From Neocallimastix sp. 'constans' (taxonomy: Eukaryota), in contig JBODTK010000011.1 in NCBI GenBank assembly GCA_050613775.1, positions 1,426,001-1,490,000 on the forward strand: 64,000 bases of DNA. The letters run 5' to 3'. The translations under genes were made by a program, and so were the position numbers. Positions 59,228 to 64,000 of this stretch are shown in pieces (position 1 is the first letter of the stretch; the number at the start of each line of letters is the position of its first letter). The notes below the pieces were generated by a model, which had not been told where the DNA came from, ran no database searches, and saw only the letters and a program-made list of their open reading frames with translations.

Positions 59228-62200
59228 CTAGGTAGAAGCTGAGTTAAACTTGACAATATTTTTCAAATGAACATTACGATTCATTTGTATATTAGTAGCA
59301 GGATCAGCTAAAGTGACTGTATTGAATTGTTTCTTTACCACTTTCATAGGTCCAACAAAGTAAGGTTCTAATTTAGTTCGATTAAAGTTTCTTACTAGTA
59401 CTAAATCACCTGGTTTTATTCTTTTAGCTTGATTCATACTGGTCTTTTCTTCTCTCCTAGTAGCCCAATACTTCGAAGCATTTTTGATATTAGACGCGGC
59501 CTCCATTACCCATTGGTAGTGTGATACAAATTTTTCCAGTAGAATTTCGTCAGAAGACTTATTTATACCCTTAGTTGGTCTGGCAGCAATGTCAAAAGGT
59601 TGTTGGTCCTCCCTTCCATAAACTAATTCAAAGCTTGAATGGTTGGTAATTGAGTTTTTAGTAGTTCTTAAAGCCCAAAGTGCAGATGGTAAAATTTCAT
59701 CCCACTCTTTGTGTTGTTTTCCTAGTAATCGTAATAATTTTCCAATTTCTTTATTACGATTCTCAACTAAACCATTGCTTTCAGGATGATATGGAGTGAT
59801 AAATTTAACATATACATCATATAAATCAAGGAAGATTTTTGTCATATCTGATGTAAATTGTGTTCCATTATCAGTAGTGATAATTTGAGGTACACCGTGT
59901 CGAGCAAATACATTAATTAAAAATTTTATCACATCCTGAGAAGTAACATTTTCAGTGGGCTCTGCCTCAACCCATTTAGTAAAATAATCAACCACAACGA
60001 TTATATATTGATTATTATTTCTGGTTTTACTTAGAGGTCCTATAATGTCCAATCCTAAGTGTGTAAATGGTCCTTCTACTTCAGTTGGTTTATCTTCCGT
60101 TGGTTCAGGGTATGGTTGAGATTTATTTAATTGACATTTTTCACATTTACCTATAATTCGCTTAATGTCATTAACCATATTGTTCCAATAGTAGCTCTTT
60201 TTCAAACGTTGGTATGTCTTGTAATAGCCTTCGTGTCCTATACTGTGTGCTTGAAAAATTAATTGAAGTTTTTCTTTTGTATCTGTAACTAATTTTCTAT
60301 AATTATTGCCATCAACAAAGTAGTCCACACCATCAATTGTCGTAAATTTTTCTTCAATAAATTCCTTAATGGTTCTTGAAAGCAGGTTTTCATCTTGTTC
60401 CTTGATAATTTGTGTTGTTAAGACAACTTTTTCTTTTTCATTTTTCATTCTTGATAAAGCATCTGCGACAACATTATTCTTTCCAGTTTCATATCGTAAA
60501 TCAATTCCTAACATACTGACAGTCAAACACCATCTAGTATGACGAGAATTTTGTGGTTCCTTACTTTTAAGTAATCCGATTAATGGTCTATGATCTGTAT
60601 ATACTATAGTTTGCTTAGGATTTCCCATAATATAAGATTTTAATTTATTAATACAGTAAATTAGAGCAGCACCTTCTAGATCCGTAATTCCATAATTCTT
60701 TTCCGATTTAGATAAACTTCTACTAATATAATGAACCGGATGCTCCTTTCCAGTTTCATCATCCTTTTGTAAAAGCACACCGCCTATTCCATCATAGGAA
60801 GCATCTGTTCTTATAATAAATTCTCTATCAAATCTAGGAAATCTTAATATTGGGGCATTGATTAATCTTTCCTTAAGAATTTTAAAACTTTCTTCTTGTT
60901 CCTTTTTCCATTCAAACTTAATACCTTTTCTTAATAGAGTGCAGAGAGGAGCAGTAACTTTTGCAAAGTCCTTAATAAAATTTCTATAATATCCAATGGC
61001 TCCTAAAAATGATCGAAGTTCATGAATGTTAGAGGGAGCCTTCCATTCTTTAATAGCTTCAACTTTGTTTTCCAATGGACTTAAACCTTCTGAGGATACT
61101 TTATGTCCAAGTACTTCTACTTCAGTTTGCATGAAAGAACACTTTTCGATATTGATTTTTAACTTATGTTCCTTGAATATTTCTAAGACTTGTTTAAGAT
61201 GTTCTAGGTGTTCTTCTTCAGTTCTTGAGTAGATTAAAATATCATCGATAAAGTTATAGACGCATTTTCCTATTAAGGGAAATAGTATACGGTTCATTTC
61301 TCTTTGGAATGTAGCTGGAGCACCTGTTAAACCGAAGGGCATTACCTTGAATTGGTAGTTTCCGAACTTAGTTGTAAAGGTAGTGATTTCAACACTATCA
61401 TCATCCATTAATATTTGATGATAACCGGAATAAAGATCTAATGTTGAGAAGATTTTTGCTCCATCTAAGCTATCAAAAATTTCCTCAATATTTGGTAAAG
61501 AATAAGAATCCTTCTTAGTTGCTTCATTTACTTTCCTATGGTCAATACACAGGCGCCATTTACCGTTCTTTTTAGGCACAAGTACTACTGGTGATGACCA
61601 TTCTGAACATGAAGATTCAATTAATCGTTTATATATGAGTTTGGTTAATTCTTCTTTTAAGATATCTGTTTTTAATTTACTAAGTCGATAAAATTTTTGT
61701 TTAATAGGTTTAACTCCTTCCTTAAGAATAATTTTGTGTGGTGATAAATCTGAAGGTGTTAATTCTTCAGAAGAAGTTGCAATTATATCAATATATTCTT
61801 CAAGTAATTTAGTAATAGCTTCTCTATAATTTGAATTAATTGTACTTTGAAAAACTGTGTCATATATATATTTTATGGGTGGTAATCCTTCAATCGTTTT
61901 CAATTGTTGCTTAGCTTCTTGGTGATTCAATGCTTTGATTACACATAATAATTTTTCTTCGTCATCATATTCATTATTAATAGGTGCAATTTCTTCAATT
62001 AAACCTTGATCATTAAATCGACAAAGACTATATCTAATTGGATGTATAAATAACTGGTTATCAATTTGAGTTTTGAGGTTGATTAATATATCATAGAATG
62101 GATCCTCCTTGTCTATAATTCTACACGTAACAAGTAGTTCTAGTTCATTAATATTTACGGGAACTTTGATTAACACATCTTCTGAGTAATCATCATTCAT

Positions 62201-63046
62201 TGTTGCTAAACGTATTCGTCCTGCACTAACTCCTATAGGTTCATACTGATAAGGTAATTTATCTAAAAATTGCTTTGTGATAATACTTAAGTTGCTACAT
62301 GAATCTATTAAAGCCTTACCACGAACTCCATCTACTATTACATCAACCATAGCAATATCATCTTCTTGTGGTTCATGATGTTTACTTTTATATGTATGAT
62401 CTATATTGTTCGTTATTATTGTAGTAGCACACATATTATCCACTGCACCTGAAATTTTAGTATTATTCTTTTCTAATTTAAGTCCTTGTGATACTTGAGA
62501 CCGTATCTTTGGAGCAACGTCCAATAATTGTCCAAATGTAATATTGCAATTACTGGAGTTTAAATCTTTGATCACGTCATGACTATCACAATCAGTTTGC
62601 ATTTGTATTCTTTTTGGAATTCTAGTTGGCATAATTTCAGTTGACTTTTCTGATGATTTTTCTTGAATTAATTTATTTAAAGTTTGTTTAGAATTATTTC
62701 CTTCCTGAGAAGTTTCTTCATTAATAATATTAACAATACTATTTTTATTATTTTCCACAGAAGTACTAGTACTAGCTCTTTCCTTATCTCTTAGCTCTTT
62801 CTCAATCCTCTTTTCTTTCTCTATTCTGGGTTGAGCTATAATCGAAGGATGTAATTGAGTTGTTGGCTTTTTGACTGGTCGCGATGTTCCCCTTAATTGA
62901 TTTTCTTTTTGTTTTCGTAAACCTGGAGTAACTATTGGCTTAGGATCATCTCTTAGACTACGGTGAACCCTCTTTCCTCTTTGGTCACTAGTCTCTTCAT
63001 CTTTAGGATTTGCCTTTCTCTTTATAACGTTTACTAAGTAATCCAA
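59228..63046 (-). CDS. pol: Pol polyprotein of element 3 (the ORF-track start is a TTG; frame is open to the slippery site at ~63229)
   Basis: LIDSCS, WRLCIDHRKVN, FIDD, TDAS, HHCC/DDE motifs. Confidence 0.96.
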   Translation of the reverse strand: MDYLVNVIKRKANPKDEETSDQRGKRVHRSLRDDPKPIVTPGLRKQKENQLRGTSRPVKKPTTQLHPSIIAQPRIEKEKRIEKELRDKERASTSTSVENNKNSIVNIINEETSQEGNNSKQTLNKLIQEKSSEKSTEIMPTRIPKRIQMQTDCDSHDVIKDLNSSNCNITFGQLLDVAPKIRSQVSQGLKLEKNNTKISGAVDNMCATTIITNNIDHTYKSKHHEPQEDDIAMVDVIVDGVRGKALIDSCSNLSIITKQFLDKLPYQYEPIGVSAGRIRLATMNDDYSEDVLIKVPVNINELELLVTCRIIDKEDPFYDILINLKTQIDNQLFIHPIRYSLCRFNDQGLIEEIAPINNEYDDEEKLLCVIKALNHQEAKQQLKTIEGLPPIKYIYDTVFQSTINSNYREAITKLLEEYIDIIATSSEELTPSDLSPHKIILKEGVKPIKQKFYRLSKLKTDILKEELTKLIYKRLIESSCSEWSSPVVLVPKKNGKWRLCIDHRKVNEATKKDSYSLPNIEEIFDSLDGAKIFSTLDLYSGYHQILMDDDSVEITTFTTKFGNYQFKVMPFGLTGAPATFQREMNRILFPLIGKCVYNFIDDILIYSRTEEEHLEHLKQVLEIFKEHKLKINIEKCSFMQTEVEVLGHKVSSEGLSPLENKVEAIKEWKAPSNIHELRSFLGAIGYYRNFIKDFAKVTAPLCTLLRKGIKFEWKKEQEESFKILKERLINAPILRFPRFDREFIIRTDASYDGIGGVLLQKDDETGKEHPVHYISRSLSKSEKNYGITDLEGAALIYCINKLKSYIMGNPKQTIVYTDHRPLIGLLKSKEPQNSRHTRWCLTVSMLGIDLRYETGKNNVVADALSRMKNEKEKVVLTTQIIKEQDENLLSRTIKEFIEEKFTTIDGVDYFVDGNNYRKLVTDTKEKLQLIFQAHSIGHEGYYKTYQRLKKSYYWNNMVNDIKRIIGKCEKCQLNKSQPYPEPTEDKPTEVEGPFTHLGLDIIGPLSKTRNNNQYIIVVVDYFTKWVEAEPTENVTSQDVIKFLINVFARHGVPQIITTDNGTQFTSDMTKIFLDLYDVYVKFITPYHPESNGLVENRNKEIGKLLRLLGKQHKEWDEILPSALWALRTTKNSITNHSSFELVYGREDQQPFDIAARPTKGINKSSDEILLEKFVSHYQWVMEAASNIKNASKYWATRREEKTSMNQAKRIKPGDLVLVRNFNRTKLEPYFVGPMKVVKKQFNTVTLADPATNIQMNRNVHLKNIVKFNSAST

Positions 63047-63176
63047 TTCTTTGGAACCATCCGACTCATCATCAAAATCTTCGTAATAATCCGTAGTAGT
63101 ACCTTCTTGGAAATCAGCAGTTTCTTCATAATCATCATCTTCTTTTAAGTCAACTGTTTTGGGACGATGGCAGACT

Positions 63177-63229
63177 GAAGCAATTTTTTTGACGATGGGA
63201 GTGCTTCTACTCCCTTTTAGTGGTTTAAA
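63177..63229 (-). promoter_or_regulatory. -1 frameshift signal, element 3
   Basis: TTTAAAC, an 8-nt spacer, then GGGAGT-AGAAGC-ACTCCC ... GCTTC. pol is in the -1 frame. Confidence 0.88.
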
Positions 63230-63999
63230 TAATTTTCATAAAACTTCTTGCGGTTATTTTCCAATATAGAATTTAATTTAGGACAGTTTCGTTTGGTATG
63301 TCCTTCATTGCTACAAAACCAGCAAGTACTAATTTTCATTTCTTTCATCTTGTTAGTGAGATTTTCTATAGATACATTTTTGTGGGTTTTTGGTTTGTTA
63401 AAATCATTTGAAATGTTCTTATTAAAATTACTTTTAGAGTTAAGGAGATTGTAACGAGTCTTATCATAATATTCAGTACTATTTTTAATAGATAAACGAT
63501 CAACTTTTTCAGCTATAGCGAATGCTTTGGTAATAGAAATATGGTCTTTAAGCATAACCTTTCTCCATGCGTCAGGATTATTGGTTAAGGAATCTGCATA
63601 ATCTAAAACACTAATTTTTCTTCTTCTCTTTTTATCCAATTTATGGTACAAAGATCTATAACGGACATTAAAATCTTTAACTTTCTCGTTCTTCTTTATT
63701 TTCATGGAACGCAATTCTCGTAACAAGTTGGTTTGATCTTCTTTAAGTCCATAGAAAGTCTTCAGATGATTTATGATTTCATCAAGGCTTGGGTAGGTGG
63801 TAGTAGATTCACTTTCTTCATCATCTTCTCCTTCACTATCGCTATCGAAATCAGAATCTTCATCTTCAGTAAGGTCATTTCCATCTTCTAGTTCTTGGAT
63901 AATTTCTCTTGGTTCTCCAGAAGCCGTTAATATACAAGCAGTAAAAATAGTTTCAGGATCCTTGATATGTTGGTATTTTATCCATGCCTTTAACTCATT
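63217..63999 (-). CDS. gag: Gag of element 3 (5'-truncated by window edge)
   Basis: Frame is open from the window end (NELKAWIKYQHIKDPETIFTAC...) through CWFCSNEGHTKRNC to TAA. Confidence 0.92.
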   Translation of the reverse strand, partial: NELKAWIKYQHIKDPETIFTACILTASGEPREIIQELEDGNDLTEDEDSDFDSDSEGEDDEESESTTTYPSLDEIINHLKTFYGLKEDQTNLLRELRSMKIKKNEKVKDFNVRYRSLYHKLDKKRRRKISVLDYADSLTNNPDAWRKVMLKDHISITKAFAIAEKVDRLSIKNSTEYYDKTRYNLLNSKSNFNKNISNDFNKPKTHKNVSIENLTNKMKEMKISTCWFCSNEGHTKRNCPKLNSILENNRKKFYENYLNH

Positions 64000-64000
64000 T

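Larger units (their letters stand above)
58418..64000 (-). mobile_element. Ty3/gypsy element 3 (diverged relative of elements 1/2), 5' end outside the window
   Basis: Intact pol, gag running off the window, and the same frameshift and pre-LTR motifs. Left boundary is inferred. Confidence 0.9.

Overview
Extremely AT-rich eukaryotic DNA with long homopolymers and microsatellites and a few intron-poor genes. Composition and gene content suggest an anaerobic gut fungus (Neocallimastigomycota), which is an inference. There are five host genes: a secreted Cys-rich repeat protein, an ankyrin protein, a bacterial-type RibD-C reductase, a multi-TM protein and a W2-domain protein. The centre of the window (19270-41600) is a nested transposon stack that can be reconstructed base by base. 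An old Ty3/gypsy relic was split by a tRNA-headed, poly(A)-tailed SINE (14-bp TSD TCTAATTTAACAAA), and a Mutator-like DNA transposon inserted into that SINE. Three separate LTR-retrotransposon insertions (one solo LTR and two intact 8-kb elements) all landed in the same orientation in the same TTTA tetranucleotide, 5 bp upstream of the SINE start, leaving TTTA-[solo LTR]-TTTA-[element 1]-TTTA-[element 2]-TTTA. This points to nucleotide-precise, Pol III-promoter-guided integration. The intact elements and a third, diverged relative at the right edge share a -1 frameshift signal (U UUA AAC plus an H-type pseudoknot), a non-purine motif in place of the PPT, a DSC protease motif and an FIDD RT motif. 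Elements 1 and 2 carry a tRNA-Ala PBS.
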